NCBI GenBank assembly: GCA_905178155.1
Contig: CAJINV010000002.1
Location: 81,128-145,127, forward strand
Length of the DNA stretch: 64,000 nt
Direction of reading: 5' to 3'
DNA from: Amoebophrya sp. A120
Lineage: Eukaryota; Protista; Dinoflagellata
The notes under the pieces were generated by a model that was not told the DNA's origin, searched no databases, and saw only the letters and a list, made by a program, of their open reading frames with translations. This document shows, in pieces, positions 1-13,149 of the stretch. The position numbers and the translations under genes are program-made. Position 1 is the stretch's first letter. Every line of letters starts with the position of its first letter.

Positions 1-95
1 AATTTTTGGCACGATCCAGATTCAGCATGACAAGTTTCATTCTTTCAAGACCCAGACATTTTTGCAATCAAATAAGCAAATGTGCTCGTCCCGCA

Positions 96-451
96 TATAG
101 AGTTCGTTTTTCTTTTCTTTGCTTAGTATAGAGTTCTCAGACGTTACACGACTGTCAGCTGCTACATCATTTGTCATGCTTAACAGACTGCTTTAACAGC
201 TGCGACATCATTTGTCATGCTGCATATTCGCTATCGCCCCCCGCACGATCAAGGTACTTCGCATGACAAGTCTCTCATGCGGCGCATGGAAACCCTTGTT
301 GCGAAATCTGTAATGCAAGACGCGTTACAGATTTCGCATGATCCTCTTTTACTTTGTACTAGCTCCTGTTCTCTCTTTTACTTTTGCTGTTCTTGCATCA
401 CAAATTAGCGATGCAACAGCTGGCCATCCTGTAACGTTTGAGAGTTCCATA
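96..451. mobile_element. Family-B TIR introner-like element (left end duplicated)
   Basis: Ends TATAGAGTTCTCAGACGTTAC ... GTAACGTTTGAGAGTTCCATA; flanks CCGCA/TTGCA (3/5); internal GCATGACA/TGTCATGC motifs. Confidence 0.7.
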
Positions 452-2759
452 TTGCACCCGAGGTCTGCGACAGACCATCACCCGCTTCCTCGTTACCTGA
501 ATTTCGGTTTCTTCAAGTACTCCGTTTTCATTGTCGCTAAAAAGCTTATCATCTTCAAGAAGCATCACGAATTTTTTGATGCAGGAAGCATGACAATTTC
601 AATTTCTTTAGTAGTGCCGTCCGGCTTGTCCTTTCATATGGGACGTGCTACCATCAACATTTCATCTATAATCTTATTGTACCAGAATCCGCATCGTAAT
701 ATTTCATTTCGGGATCTTGATATCCTGAAGAAAATCACCCCCCGCACTTTTTTGGAGTGGTGCATCAAACAAACGCAAGACCTGGCCATGATTATTTGCG
801 CATTACAAATTCCTTTGCGCATTACAAAATCCTTTGCTCTGAAACACGGCAATGAGCACGAAAAAGAGACACAAGGTTCATTAAGGGTGATTTTATTGCT
901 CCGGATACGAGTCCGTCCTTGTCCTTTTTCCCCTGCTTGCCTGGTGGTTGTCCACGGAAAAAAAACCTGTGTGCTAGTGGTACGGACGATTGTAGTACTA
1001 CCTCACATCTACTTTTTCTGGGACTACAAGTAGTAGAAGTCCTCTATGCCAGGAACAGAATTATGAAGGTTGCGTTTTTTTCCCTCGATGTCACAACAGA
1101 GTTTTTTTCTGTTTGGTACACTACCGTCGCGACCCCCCGCACGGCCAGATGTGTTGTTCGTCGAGCCACCCCCGCCGGTTATAACATTCAAGACCGACCT
1201 ATAGTGGGAAAATTAGCCTAGTAGAAGTGCCTTCTCGTCGTGAAGATTTGTGATGCTGTCTTGAAGTAAGTTTCGTATAAATAACCAGATTAAGTATTCT
1301 AGCTGCGACTCTGCAGCAGCTTCAAAAATTTTCGCATGAACAAAAACTCGGTTTACTCACCCGTGGAGCAGGATGAATGCGTAGTCATGCTGGACAAGCT
1401 GCATGACAAACCTACGTTGAAGACGAGATGTATTTCTGAACAGGCTTTGTTCTTTTTCGTATTGCATGCTTGTGTCCGGGGGCGGCGACCACCAGCTGCA
1501 CTGGATTGGAGACCCAATCCCAAGAATAAGTACGATAGAGCTCTTCTTGCTCCCATCTGACACTGCCAACATCGGCAATAAAGAACCGCTAATAATAAAT
1601 CGGCCTCCCTGCTCTAGAATGAGTACTTATTCTTCATCTCTGACCTCATGGTGGACAGACTACATCTGTGTGGTGCATGCACATGAAAGATTCCACCCTC
1701 CGTGATTGGTCACGAGCCAGCATTTTGTTTTTCATATCGGTACTACCATTCGCAGAACCATACCCGTTCGCTGCTTCGTTGTTGAAATCGCCATGCGCAC
1801 CTGCATTGTTTGGGACAGTTACTTCTCCGAATCCAGATGGATCAACTGAAGAAAAATTCATCCCTGCTTACTGGTACCTAGATCGATGCAGGGGAGACAA
1901 CAATGCGCAAATTAAAGACTGAAATGTTGAAACTTGCTTCAAGAATATCTGCATGACAGCCTTGTTCTCCTTTGCACTAGAAAAGAGAATCTTCCTTACC
2001 AATCTGCCACCCCAAATCCCGGTTTTTCTGCGCGAGTTTGGGGATTATCAGCCTGAAAAATTCTAGCACAGGCTAATCTGTCATGCAAGTTTGGTTCTTG
2101 GTGAATTACGAAGAACGAAAAAAGCAGTCAAACCCCATGTCTCGTTGCTTGGGTCGTAGATGAGAGCATCGAAAACATCATTCATCACACAGCATTATGG
2201 ATGATTTTGCTACAGACTTCTCAGTGCAGCACTAAAAATAACGGTAGGCTGCCACTTATGCTAGCATCTTTCAGATGAATAGCCAGCAGTTGCATTGTGG
2301 GAGTATGGAGGAATAACACGGAGGCGCGCTTCTGCTCTTTTCTTCGTCATCCTCTACTTCGAGCTTCACAGTACTATCGGGACGAACCGCTGCAGATTAA
2401 AATAATCAAAAGTTCACTTTCACGACATTTATGCAGAAGAACAAATCTGCGCCATGACAAAAAGGCTCGGAGATGAATCAAGCACGTGCTTCCTGGTCTT
2501 TCTTCGTGATATCTGTCTCCATCGCCAAACGCGGCCTTATATTTCCGCTCTTGCGCCGTTATTTGCGCGTCGTACTGCCCTATGGATTGCAAATACATCT
2601 GGACGATCTGGTAGGTCGAGTTTGTCATGCGAGCTCTGGACGACAAGGAAGAAACCTGTATTGCATGAGCAACAAAAGAGATTCGCCGACGCATCGCAAA
2701 GTGCGCCGGTGGAAACTTGTGACGCTGTAGCCCGCACTCCAAATCTTCGCTTCTGGGCC

Positions 2760-5700
2760 ATACAAATGCTGAACGACAAGCCGTAGCAAGACAAATCCAG
2801 AGCCAGAGTTTTTTTCTGTTGATATCTACGATTCTGCTTGCCACGTCTTTGGCCTCTAGTTCCAGGCGCGCTTCCTCTTTATCCTCAGTAAAAACGTCCG
2901 CTCCCACCAATTTGTCATGCTGATCTGCATCTACGGGATAGTGTAAGCGCTTGTGATGCGCATCCCCGGAAGAGGCATTTCTACTCGTCTCTCGGTGCAA
3001 ATCTTGATCCTACAAAGAAGAGATCTAGCAGGAGCTTCTTCATGCGTCTGAGAGAAATAGCTTGGGATGCATTTACATTCTTCCCAAAACTTCTGCATTT
3101 GTGTTGCCAACTTCTAAACGTGAAAAAAGTCGGGGGAACAATAGCGTTTTTCCACAGGATAATCTTCGCCCTGTTTTCTCTTCTGTTGCTTGTACGACGC
3201 TATGTGCTCTTGCGCTTCGGCCATCTGCGGCCCGAGGGCTTTTTCGATCCTTCGCAGGTCGCGCTCGCGCTGCAGCTCGGCGGCAGGTATTCAGCAGACG
3301 AAACGCAGACCTTCACTGAAAAAAAGTATCGATTTGCGATGCGGGGGTTTTCGGTAACATCACAAAAAAGCTCATCTGTTTCGCTGTTCATCAGCATGAC
3401 AACTTTAGTAGTTATCGTGCCTCGTCAATCTCTACTCAATGACGCGAGCTACAAGTACAGGAGACTTTGGTCTCCACGATCGGAACTTGCATCGCGTATT
3501 GGAAGATAATGCATTCGTGTACGTCTATATTTCATACGAAGTTTCATACATTTTCATGGTGACAGCGACAGGATCCGCAACACAAGTTTTTTTTTTCTGG
3601 CATGGATCTGCATTTTTCTTGGATAGCGCGGACAGCCCTCTGGTACACATTATGGAGTTTTCAAATGTTACGTTTGCAACTGTTAAGTACATGAATTGGT
3701 AATGCAAGAGTGGCAAAATTGAAAGGGCGGAGATTGAGCGTTTTGCATTACAGACTTGGGCTAGATTCGAATACTATTTAGCGAGTCGCGACCCTGTCAT
3801 ACGAAGCAGCCTGATCAAGGTCATATAGCTACTCAGTGCAAATTTGCATGACAAATCCATGAAGCAGTTGAGAGTGTAACGTTTGAGAACCCCATACGCC
3901 TGGTCCGCCTCTTGTTGCTTCTGGTCCAGCTCGCGCTCCAGCCGCGACAGTCTCTCTTTTGCCTCCTGCTCTTTTTCACCTGCACGGATTTGTGCCTCTT
4001 TCGCGGTGGAAGCCTTCTCCTTGCAATCCCATCCTGTGCGAAAACGTCCCTGCCTGAAAATATCGTAATCGTGCTGCGCTCGAGAAGCCGCATCACAAAT
4101 CTTGAACCGTATGGTAAATGTAGCGTGACACTAAATTCGAAAACAATATTAAGTTAGAAAATGGTGGTCCTCATGTAGTGGTAGTTGGGGCTGCGCATGC
4201 AAGGTGCCTTCAGCGTGCAAATCTGCGTGAGCGACGACTTGTCTGGGTTGGGCACGTTTTATACACGGGATATTTCCTTTGCGCGCACGATCGCACTTGT
4301 GCGGGAGTCTCGCAGCATCTTCAGCAGCGCTAGCGCTTGATGCTGCGGCGATTGGTATTGGATATCAGTCGCCGCGGCATCTGCCCGGGTGTAGTCCGCA
4401 CCGAGGGTCTCCCATGCCGTCTGGTCAGGGGCGGATTTGTATCAAAAGGAAAAATCCCCCCTCCCCATATCAAAGCGGAAATCTGTGATGCAGATTTGTT
4501 GTCACAAATCAGCTTTGTCATGCTACACGGGAAAAGATGCGGACTGTAGTGCTGGGTGGCGTGGGGGAGCCTTGCATCTTCAGCATGATAGGAGGCAGCT
4601 GAGAGTGGGAAACAGCATGACAAATTTCCTGCAAACGAGACCACGACTGCGGCTCTTGGCCTTCTAGCATGACAAGTCGATTTGTGACCTCAAATCCTGC
4701 ATCACAGATTTCCATTTCGATATGGGGAGGGGGGATTTTTCCGTTTGATAATTTGTTTTCCTTCGAGTTGGACGCGATGTTGTCAACACTGGATAAATTG
4801 CAAATAGTATCGTACAAGTACCAATTCTTGCATTGCAAATTTGCTCAGAAGGGGCATCAAACCATAAGTGTATTTGTAATGCAGGTCGTTCTTCATGTAG
4901 TACAGATTTCTCATGCGGTTTTGGGATCAATAATCAGTGTATTTGTAATGCTGGTCGTTCTTCTTTTTGTACAGATTAATATTTACATTGCTTGACTTCT
5001 GGGTTCTGGTACGGCAAACCCCCGGCGACAGGTGACCTCGACAGGTGACCTTGACAGGTGACCTTGACAGGTGACCTTGACAGGTGAACCGCGACAGGTG
5101 ACCTAAGCCCTAAGGCTAGCGCGGCCTACGCCCCTGTCTTTTATGAAATAAACACGAAAACGAAATATTTGCGACACGACGAAAAATGGGAAAGATAAAA
5201 CTGCAAAAAAAAAACAACACAGAAAATCAAAATGAAAAAGATAAAAGCGCAAAAACGCAAAGAAACTGCCTCTACAGAGAAAGGAATATTTGCGCTGCCA
5301 TGCAAAAATAGGAAAGGGCTTATCTCTGCAACGCGCATCCGATCCAGGGGATAGCTGCTTGCTTTTCCCTGCGTTACTCATGGGAAATGAATTTTGGCGC
5401 AATGCTAGAGAATTTGTTTGCCGCCACGCAGAGCTATTTCAATTGCTTCAATTTTTGTTTTGTCTTGCAAAATGCAGGGCACCAAATTCATCCGTTTGCC
5501 ACTAGCGCTTCGCGCACTAAGTCACTATGCGCGCGCCTGGTGTGAGGCGAGGGGCGGACGCTGTCCGCCCCGATGCCGAACACCCCTCCCCCACTAGCGC
5601 TTCGCGCACTAAGCCACTATGCGCGCGCCTGGTGTGAGGCGAGGGGCGGACGCCGTCCGCCCCGATGCCGAACACCCCTCCCCCACTAGCGCCACTAGGG

Positions 5701-6337
5701 ACGGGCACAAGGCCCCAGCGTGGGGACCCTGTCCCCACGCGTGGGTCTTGTTTCTCATGCGGTTTTAGGATAGGGATAGCAATAGCTGCTCCCAGCACAA
5801 TACTTTTGCAGAAGATACAAGTCCGTTGTTCCCGCCGCCCCCGGGCTGCAGCAGCATGGCTTGTTTCTGCTTCTTCTCCCCTTCACCGGTGGCCGGAAAC
5901 TGAAGTATCGCACAGAAAATCCCTAGCAGTGTTCTTGTACTTGTATTTGCAAAGCAAACAACATGAAACTACGACTGCGGCCCACGCGCAACTACATTTT
6001 GATTTTTTAGTGCAAAAGAAAGGGGGCGGCGTGGCCCCTACTGGCATGCTCCGTAGATGGTCCCCTGGGAAGAATGGATGAAGAAAATGCTACAGGTTAT
6101 TTTTGTGTTGCAACGAGGAACCATGACAACATCGCTAGTACTGTCTTTCTGTGGGATAGTCATATTCAGAGTGTGCTGGTGTTTCTTGTTCGGTAGCACC
6201 GGCGGGTTCATCGGCAGCTTTGATTGGGGTTGGTGTGCGGCAGGTTGCTGCTGTCCGTTGTGGGATCTCATCGGCTGGCTCTCCGCACCTTGGGCGAAAA
6301 ACATCTTGGTGATTTCGTAACGTACTTCTGCTTCCAA
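2760..6337 (-). CDS. Multi-exon coiled-coil protein of unknown function (partial model, ends uncertain)
   Basis: Removing elements 4440-4750, 4030-4272 and 3651-3896 (each plus one 5-bp repeat) joins VDNIASNSKENKSAPDQ...SAIVRAK/DCKEKAST...ERELDQKQQEADQ/YQRAVRAIQEK. Removing 2880-3161 joins AELQRERDLRRIEK...KQGE/EEARLELEAKD. Linkage to 6038-6337 is assumed, not shown. Confidence 0.55.
2880..3161. mobile_element. Family-F TIR introner-like element
   Basis: TATCCTCAGTAAAAACG ... CGTTTTTCCACAGGATA; flanks CTCTT/ATCTT; removal restores the minus-strand frame. Confidence 0.75.
3651..3896. mobile_element. Family-B TIR introner-like element
   Basis: TATGGAGTTTTCAAATGTTAC ... GTAACGTTTGAGAACCCCATA; flanks CACAT/CGCCT; frame restored. 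Confidence 0.8.
4030..4272. mobile_element. Family-F TIR introner-like element
   Basis: CATCCTGTGCGAAAACGTCCC ... GGGCACGTTTTATACACGGGATA; flanks AATCC/TTTCC; frame restored. Confidence 0.75.
4440..4750. mobile_element. Family-C TIR introner-like element
   Basis: TATCAAAAGGAAAAATCCCCCCTCCCCATATC ... GATATGGGGAGGGGGGATTTTTCCGTTTGATA; perfect ATTTG duplication; frame restored. Confidence 0.92.
5027..5105. repeat. 13-bp tandem repeat GACAGGTGACCTT x6
   Basis: Read directly from the sequence. Confidence 0.95.
5499..5692. repeat. 92-bp tandem repeat x2 plus partial third copy
   Basis: CCACTAGCGC starts at 5499, 5591 and 5683; each unit carries the hairpin GGGGCGGAC-NNN-GTCCGCCCC. Confidence 0.95.
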
Positions 6338-7451
6338 ACGTCGTTCACGAGGAATCTAGCAACAACTGCTTAGAGCTTGACTTACTTCTACTGCTGTTCA
6401 TAAATTACAAGATGAAGTTGCAGGATGTAGTTTATTGCGTACGGAAGTAGACTTCGGTTAAATAACTTTTGAGGAAAGAAGAAATCTAATCTTGTCACTT
6501 GCACGACCCTACGAAGTTGTACGAGAAGCATCCGATTTTTTTCGAAGTCTCCCCGGGTCTCTCGTCAGTCTCTCATCCACACTACGACGACTCCGACCAC
6601 GTGTAAAGTATGTAGTAGTCCCCAGAGTCAAGAAACCGAGAAGCCGATAAATTAAACTTTTGCTGGTATACATTGATTCGAAGGTCAATGTAGTTGCATC
6701 ATATCATATAACGAGTCGATCGAAGAACACACTGATCAAGTTCTTTCAAGGGTGAAGCCAATAGGCTTCCATAGCTCACTGGCACAACTTTTGCCAGCGC
6801 ATGCTATAACACTCAAAGGGATGCTGACACGGCGGCCACTACTAAAAATCTTTGCTGTAGTATATTCTGCGCTGCAGGTAGAGTTATTTTCATCCGCGTT
6901 GATCGTGAAGCGACTAAAAAAACATCCTCCCCCAACCGGTCACTCCGCGGCACCCGCCCACTCCAGCTCTGCACAGAGCCTGCGCCACCGTGCCTGGGAG
7001 GGCTCCCCGGCTCTGCGCTGGAACTCGAAGACCTCCCCGATCGTCTATCAGAACGCAAACCGCCCCGGCCCCAGAAAATTACCGTAGGGGATTTTCATGC
7101 CCTTCGTGCACATGCAAGTTTATTGATGTACAGGAGGACAGCGAGCGTTTGTACTGCAAAAAACTAGGGGTTGCGAAGCTCGCCCTGTAGCGGCAGCAGC
7201 TGCAACAGCCCAGTTGTAAGACTCTGGATCACGACTAAGTCACGGAAATAATTGTTATATCTGGATGATGTTCTTGCCAGAGGACCTGTAGTACCATTTG
7301 CATTTGCAGAAGTTTCCACTAAGTAGTTGCCCGCGGTACTGCAATCTATCAAAGTTTCTGACTACGGGGCACTCTGTTTCAATCTTATACCGTTGCCATG
7401 CGCAACTTTGCGATCTCCGCGTGGGTCAGGGCGTAAAAGCGGTAAGTCTGC

Positions 7452-7715
7452 CATCCTGAGCAAAAACGTCCCTAACCCAGAGTTGTCATGCAGAGTTGCA
7501 ATTACAGGATCGCCTGTAATGCGGATCCCCAAGAGAGCTAGTTGCAATGATATTTTGGCATTTCTAATGCTGTAAACAGGATACTGTTACTGGGGCGATG
7601 GCCGCCCTTGCTAATGTGCGAGAAAGTTGTCATGCGTGACTTCCAAAATTTCTGGATTTGTGTTTCATGCTGATCCTAACTTGATTCTGCGATGGGGACA
7701 TTTTTACTTAGGATA
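7452..7715. mobile_element. Family-F TIR introner-like element
   Basis: CATCCTGAGCAAAAACGTCCC ... GGGGACATTTTTACTTAGGATA; flanks TCTGC/CCTGC. Confidence 0.8.
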
Positions 7716-10620
7716 CCTGCAACGACTGCACCAACAGCTCCATCCAGTGAAAAAATAATTGCACCCCATATTCACGACGTTGGTGAGCACCCAGTACTTA
7801 CCACAAGTCCAGATTCTGATTCTGTACAAAACACGCATGACAAATGGGGTCCTGCTCCACACAGCACTACTTGTGAGTACTGACTGAACTGCCACTTATT
7901 TTCCTCACAGAGCCAACTTGCTATAAATAAAGTAGAAACTATTATGAAACTCCGGTTTTCGTGCCTGGGAGCGGAAAGTTGCAGTAGTCGTGTGATGTTC
8001 TAACAAATGCAGATTTGGACAGCAAATATGAAGATGAAGTTCTTTTACACAAGATAATTTTGTCCTGTACCTTCATGGCGTTCGTGCCGCGCATCAACTT
8101 TCGGAAAGGCCCTGCTGCCATCAATTCTGGTGGCATATGCGGGAAAAAAAACACACCAATACTGAATTATCCGAAATCGTCTCTAGTATAGTGCGTTGGG
8201 TTGCGAGCCGGGGCCACATGACAACGGAAACGTGAAGGTCTGTCTTGTTTCCGATATTTGCAACTCGCCAATCTGAATCGTGGATGTTCCCGGAATCTGC
8301 GAACCAAATACTGGGCATGACGAGTTACATATTCTTGACACTGCAGCATGGGTGTTTTTCTCCGTGATACGGTATGACAACCTCGGTTTCCCCGTCCTCC
8401 ATAATGACATCCTCGTCTTTGTGATGCATTGCAACTAGGTTGCCTGGGTCTCGATACTTGTGACCATGCTGGAGTACAACGAAACACAAGGACGCCGACA
8501 CCTCAAGTGACCGTCCTGGAGCATGAAAACTTTTTGAACTGCCAGCACGTGTTAGCTATTTTGCATCACAAACAGTGAATTTGCGTGACAAGAAACGGGG
8601 GATCCTGGTCATGCGCATGACAGATTTGAAATTCATACTAGCCAAACATGGCACAACTTGCAGTCTTCCAGCAGACCCAAACATATTTGCGCTGCGTACT
8701 CCTGTTCTGACGCCTCAGCGACCACCCCCTGCGCTGCGGATGAGAGATTGGTAGTGCCCTGATATTCTTTGCCCATTTTGTGAAGGGTCGTGTCGCTAAA
8801 AAGCAACGGTTCTAGATAGACATAGATTCTTTCCTCGAGATATAATCGTCTCGACTTGTCATGCGTCTCTACGTGTAGGAACAAAATTAATTTTTGTGTT
8901 AATGCTTCTGAACAGACGAAATACGTACGATAGTAGAGAAAGAGATATAATGTATGATCCTGCTGTACCTCGTCCTGTCAATACACAGCTACTGTGTCAA
9001 GAACAAGCGCATCGGATGAAACTAAAAACAAGGACGCCTAATAAAGAACAACTGAGTTGAAGGTGCAAAAATAGAATCGACTATCGCAACCCCCTGCTAC
9101 AATCGAGATCGCGTTGATGGTGGCTACTAGTTTATTCTTAGCACAACCAGATCGGTTTTACTTTTACTCCTGGGATCTCCGCAACGCTGATCATCTGTGC
9201 CTTCCAGACTAAAACACAAGATCCGGGCACATCAAACGCTTCGGGCCTGCTCGGCAATGTAACTGGAGTTACCGTCTTAGACTGCACAAAAAGAACTCTT
9301 TTCTCCAGAACAGCGACGCTTTTTATTGCCGCCATCTGCTACTAGAAATTCTACTAGCAGGGTATGTCACTGCAATATCAAACTCCCTTTCAATCCTACC
9401 GAAGGCCCAAAGCCTGGTCGAAGTGGGGTTCGAATGATATCCCTGTAAAGCTGCTGTTGAAGATCACAATAAATTTATCTTTTTTACACTTCTATACCGC
9501 TCACCTACTCTTCTTGTGCCGCTGCTTAGACACCATGGAGACACTTCGTTCTTTTTGTCGCGGCTTTATTTTGTGCACAAGTATCAATTTTGATGGTATC
9601 TTGAAACAGCATCAATCTGGTGCTGCAGGCCTCGCGGTCATCGCTTCATTTAGTGTGGATGATTAGGAAGTACAAAACATCAAACTGATCGTTGCAAGGT
9701 ATTGTAAATTTTGCGAAAAGTTCGAGAAAACATTGTGCGAAACATTAACATTGCCATAGTTGAAACAAAACGAATTTGATGTTGCTCGCAACATAACTGT
9801 GGCTGATTGCATATTAGGCATTTTCAAAAAAGTTCTAGGAAAGGGTGAATATAGAAACTTGTCTGTCGTGTTCATTTTGCAAGATTTTCGTGAGAAGTTC
9901 GGGCAAGTAGAAACTACCTGTCTGTGTTCGTTTTAAAGAAACGCTGTTGGAGTCAGAACTATAGCGAAACGTATGTCGAATTTGTTGATATTTGCAACTG
10001 AAACTGAAACTGAAACAGTAAATTTTTTGAAAAGTTTGGGTAAAAGTGAATGAGAAACTTTTTTTCAAAGAAACGCCGTTGAAGTAGTAGCAGTAGTTGT
10101 AGCAGTAGATGAAGTCAGAGCTAGAACGAGGAAATACAACCCGTATAAATTCCGTTTGTCTTCAGTGTTGGCACCAGGACTGCATGGATTCTGCTACCTT
10201 CACTTTCCGCCTTGGAGGAAGGGGGTCGTGCTGGGTGCGTACTATCAGAAAGAGGAGCAGCCGCTCATGCCGAATTGAGGTCTATTTCTTTCACAAGCAA
10301 TACATAGGCTTTTTTCTTCCTGTCAGTCTGTCATGCATGACAAACAGATTTTCATTTCATGCAACCCCTTCTGGCTTCCTTCTGCATGACAAAAATACTG
10401 GCAGAGTGGGCGAGCTGCGACTCATAAAAACATCACGGACTGTCGGCTGAGCGTTCGTGTCCACGAGAAAAACCTCGCCTTCCCCCAGCACATACGGCGG
10501 GAAAAATCATTTTATTTTTCATGTGCCGATGGCGATGCCATCTGATCATGAAAAAAGTGTTTCTCCATGCAGCGCTGAATGTGGGAGGGGACGAACAGAG
10601 AATAGCACGGCATACGCTTG

Positions 10621-10885
10621 TATCAAATGCAAATATGTCTGCATCTGGAAGAGTGCGCGACTTGTCATGCTGCTTTTCCATGGCCCATGAGGTCAGGAAT
10701 GCAGGACCTAGCATGACAGATTCTGTGCGATCTCTCTCATGCCCATCCTGCATGAGAAACTCCCTCCCGACTTGGTCAAAACTGGACGACTTTTTGTAAT
10801 CAAGCAACACAGATTTTTGCATGCTTCAGATTTAGCATGACAAGTTGCGATCTTCCAGGAGACCCAGACATCTTTACATTTGATA
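10621..10885. mobile_element. Family-A TIR introner-like element
   Basis: TATCAAATGCAAATATGTCTG ... CAGACATCTTTACATTTGATA; perfect GCTTG duplication. Confidence 0.92.
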
Positions 10886-11639
10886 GCTTGGAGCCGAAGT
10901 TGCGGAGATTCGAATTCCACACTGTATGCAACGAAAAAATGTGCCCATGCAGTCAGTTATGGGAGGAGGTTTTACGGTGAGATGCAAGATAAAATTTACG
11001 AAGTCATGAATCATGGGTAAGTACTGTTTTTGCCATGCGAGAAGGACAGCATGATTCGGCCAGACCATGCAGTACACGACCTTTCCATGATATGGGCACA
11101 AGCTTCAACGTTGGATAGTGTATCAATGTTGGGAGCGGTTGTTGTGATTTGATCAGAGCAATTAAATTTAAATCATACCAACAAAATGTGACATGCAAAT
11201 GCCACCACGATTTCACACTTTGGAACACGGCGGTGCAGTTCATGCATGACAAGCAGTGAGTCGTGTGCTTCTCGGGGTCATAGTGATAGTATATTTTCTC
11301 TGGCAAAAGAAGAGGTGAAGGAAAATGTGCATCAAAGTCAAGATATTGCATCTTCAATACCGCCGGCGCGACGAATCGCGATGTAGTCGCAGATCTGGAT
11401 GCTGCGAGTCCGAGTGGTTTTTTGGACCCGATGCTGCTGGACGCCTGTAGTTATCATTTCAAAAGGATCTAACTGCCCAATGCTCGTCATACTAGGACCA
11501 ATCAGGCAAGAGCCCCATGATTTTGTGTTTCATGCGTGACAAACAGAAATGGAACGTTGGCTGATCATCGTCTTCAGTTTTTCATTGATTTTTCTCTTTG
11601 CAGCGGTAAATCAAAATAAGTAAGTATTGCATATAGTAC

Positions 11640-12335
11640 CTGCGGCACGAACCGACTGGTAACATCCGATCCCGACACGAACGGGGACTGGGCATCCGAC
11701 CCCGGCACGTATCAATCCAAAAGGGCCCACCTTGCCTATCAAATGCAAAAATGTCGGGGTCTGGAAGATTGCGGGACTTGTCATGCTTGTCTGGCATGAC
11801 TAAAAAGTTTGTGATGCGCGTCCAAGGAGAGACCATTTTGCTTGTCATGCAAAAACGCAGTTTGTCATGCGAAAAACGCAACACAAAGAAGCGCAGATAT
11901 TTTTCATGCTTGGCTGTGCATTACAGAGCATTCACCATTCCCAACGCAGCATTACAAGTTTCCAGACCCAGACATTTTTACAGTTGATAGTGTCCCTCCG
12001 AGCACCAATCACGCAAGAACGCAATGCTTCTTCATATTTATGGATTGCGAAAATGTCTGGGTCTGGAAGATTCTTACCTTTGTCATGCATTTCTGACATG
12101 ACTCGAGAATCTGTAATGCATGGAGACGAAATAAAGCCTCTCCTACCTGTCATACAAAAACGCAGTTTCTCATGCGGAATACGCAACGCATAGCAGCTCA
12201 AAAATTTGTCATGCTTGGCTGCGTTTTACAGTCCGGCTACCATCCACTTTTAGCATCACAAGTTTCCAGACCCAGACATTTTTGCAATGCATAATATTGC
12301 AGCACCAGAGACCATGTCGCCTCTTCCTGCTGGGA
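11640..12335 (-). CDS. Exons of an unknown protein (gene probably continues toward ~9.4 kb)
   Basis: Removing 12039-12293 and 11737-11989 gives the open frame QEEATWSLVLQ/YEEALRSCVIGARR/GKVGPFGLIRAGVGCPVPV. Confidence 0.5.
11737..11989. mobile_element. Family-A TIR introner-like element
   Basis: Family-A TIRs; flanks TTGCC/GTGTC. Confidence 0.85.
12039..12293. mobile_element. Family-A TIR introner-like element
   Basis: TATGGATTGCGAAAATGTCTGGGTCTGGAA ... TTCCAGACCCAGACATTTTTGCAATGCATA; perfect ATATT duplication. Confidence 0.92.
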
Positions 12336-13149
12336 GAAAATCTAAAACTCGATTTTCCCTCTGTCTACTTCCGCATCCGCACAGAGGAAGGGGTTCATGG
12401 TGTAAAAAATCGAACTCCATCAAACGACCGGCGGTGGTACAATATTCTATCTAATGACACAGACAACATATAAACAAGTGTGCAGATTTGTGAGATTCTG
12501 TTCTTGAAGATTGATACTAGTGAAGACAAGCGCGGCGAGTGCCTCTGACTGTTCCTTGATAACGAGATTACTGGACGGGCTTGAAAAAACTGCGGACCAC
12601 GGTTTAGTACTATGCAGACGAAGTGGTCGTGGTCAAGAAAGAAGCCCGATTTCCAAAACGTGTCCCGCGGATCATGGTTTTTTTTGCTTCGGGTTTTACA
12701 AGTACATATGTTCTGCTATCAATCTCCGCATGACAGAATTCCGCTCCGGACGAAGTATGCATGACAAAGTCCTCTTTTCCTGACCGTTTTTTCGAAGTTG
12801 CATAGACATCCCGGTAGATGAAGAGCAGCTCGAGGTGGAGGTGGCCGCAGCAGAGTTGGTGCTTTGTGCAAACGCAAAATCAATCTTTCACCACAAGACC
12901 TGCGGCATCTTGCATACGCGGCTCAGTGAGTAGTTCACGATGCAAGATGAACGCACTCTTTTCTGATGAAAAATAGATTTTACTCTCCTACACCGGCGTT
13001 GACGATCGTGCGGACGTTGTGCTAGAAAAACTGTACGTCTACTTCACAGGGGGTGCAGTAGATTTGTCATGCAGTTTTCGACTCTCCCATTCGCTGGTAC
13101 CATTACAACTCATGCAGAACGAATACGGAATGAAGTACGTTCGTCAACA

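Larger units (their letters stand above)
4976..5750 (+). mobile_element. Non-autonomous Helitron-like element
   Basis: Interrupts TACAGA^TTTCTCATGCGGTTTT (intact copy at ~4901-4922) between A and T with no TSD. It has a 10-bp GC stem/3-nt loop hairpin at 5718-5740 ending 10 nt before a CTTG terminus, plus internal tandem repeats. Confidence 0.75.
4792..5817. mobile_element. Degenerate family-D element that hosts the Helitron-like insertion
   Basis: Ends ...TTGCAAATAGTATCGTACAAGTA and CAATACTTTTGCAGAAGATA resemble the D TIR of 52018-52159 and 55318-55462; internal ~59-bp tandem duplication. Confidence 0.5.

Noticed and set aside
338-1033. 231-aa plus-strand ORF, and similar long ORFs such as 23152-24024, 49508-50158 and 62016-62705
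   Set aside because: They run through TIR elements or antisense to better exons and have no protein-like signal
5027-5105. Possible CRISPR array
   Set aside because: Head-to-tail 13-mers with no spacers, no cas genes, and a eukaryotic context
9670-10075. AT-rich GAAAC/CGAAA-rich tract resembling 29500-29800
   Set aside because: Similarity is compositional; I could not define ends or an alignment
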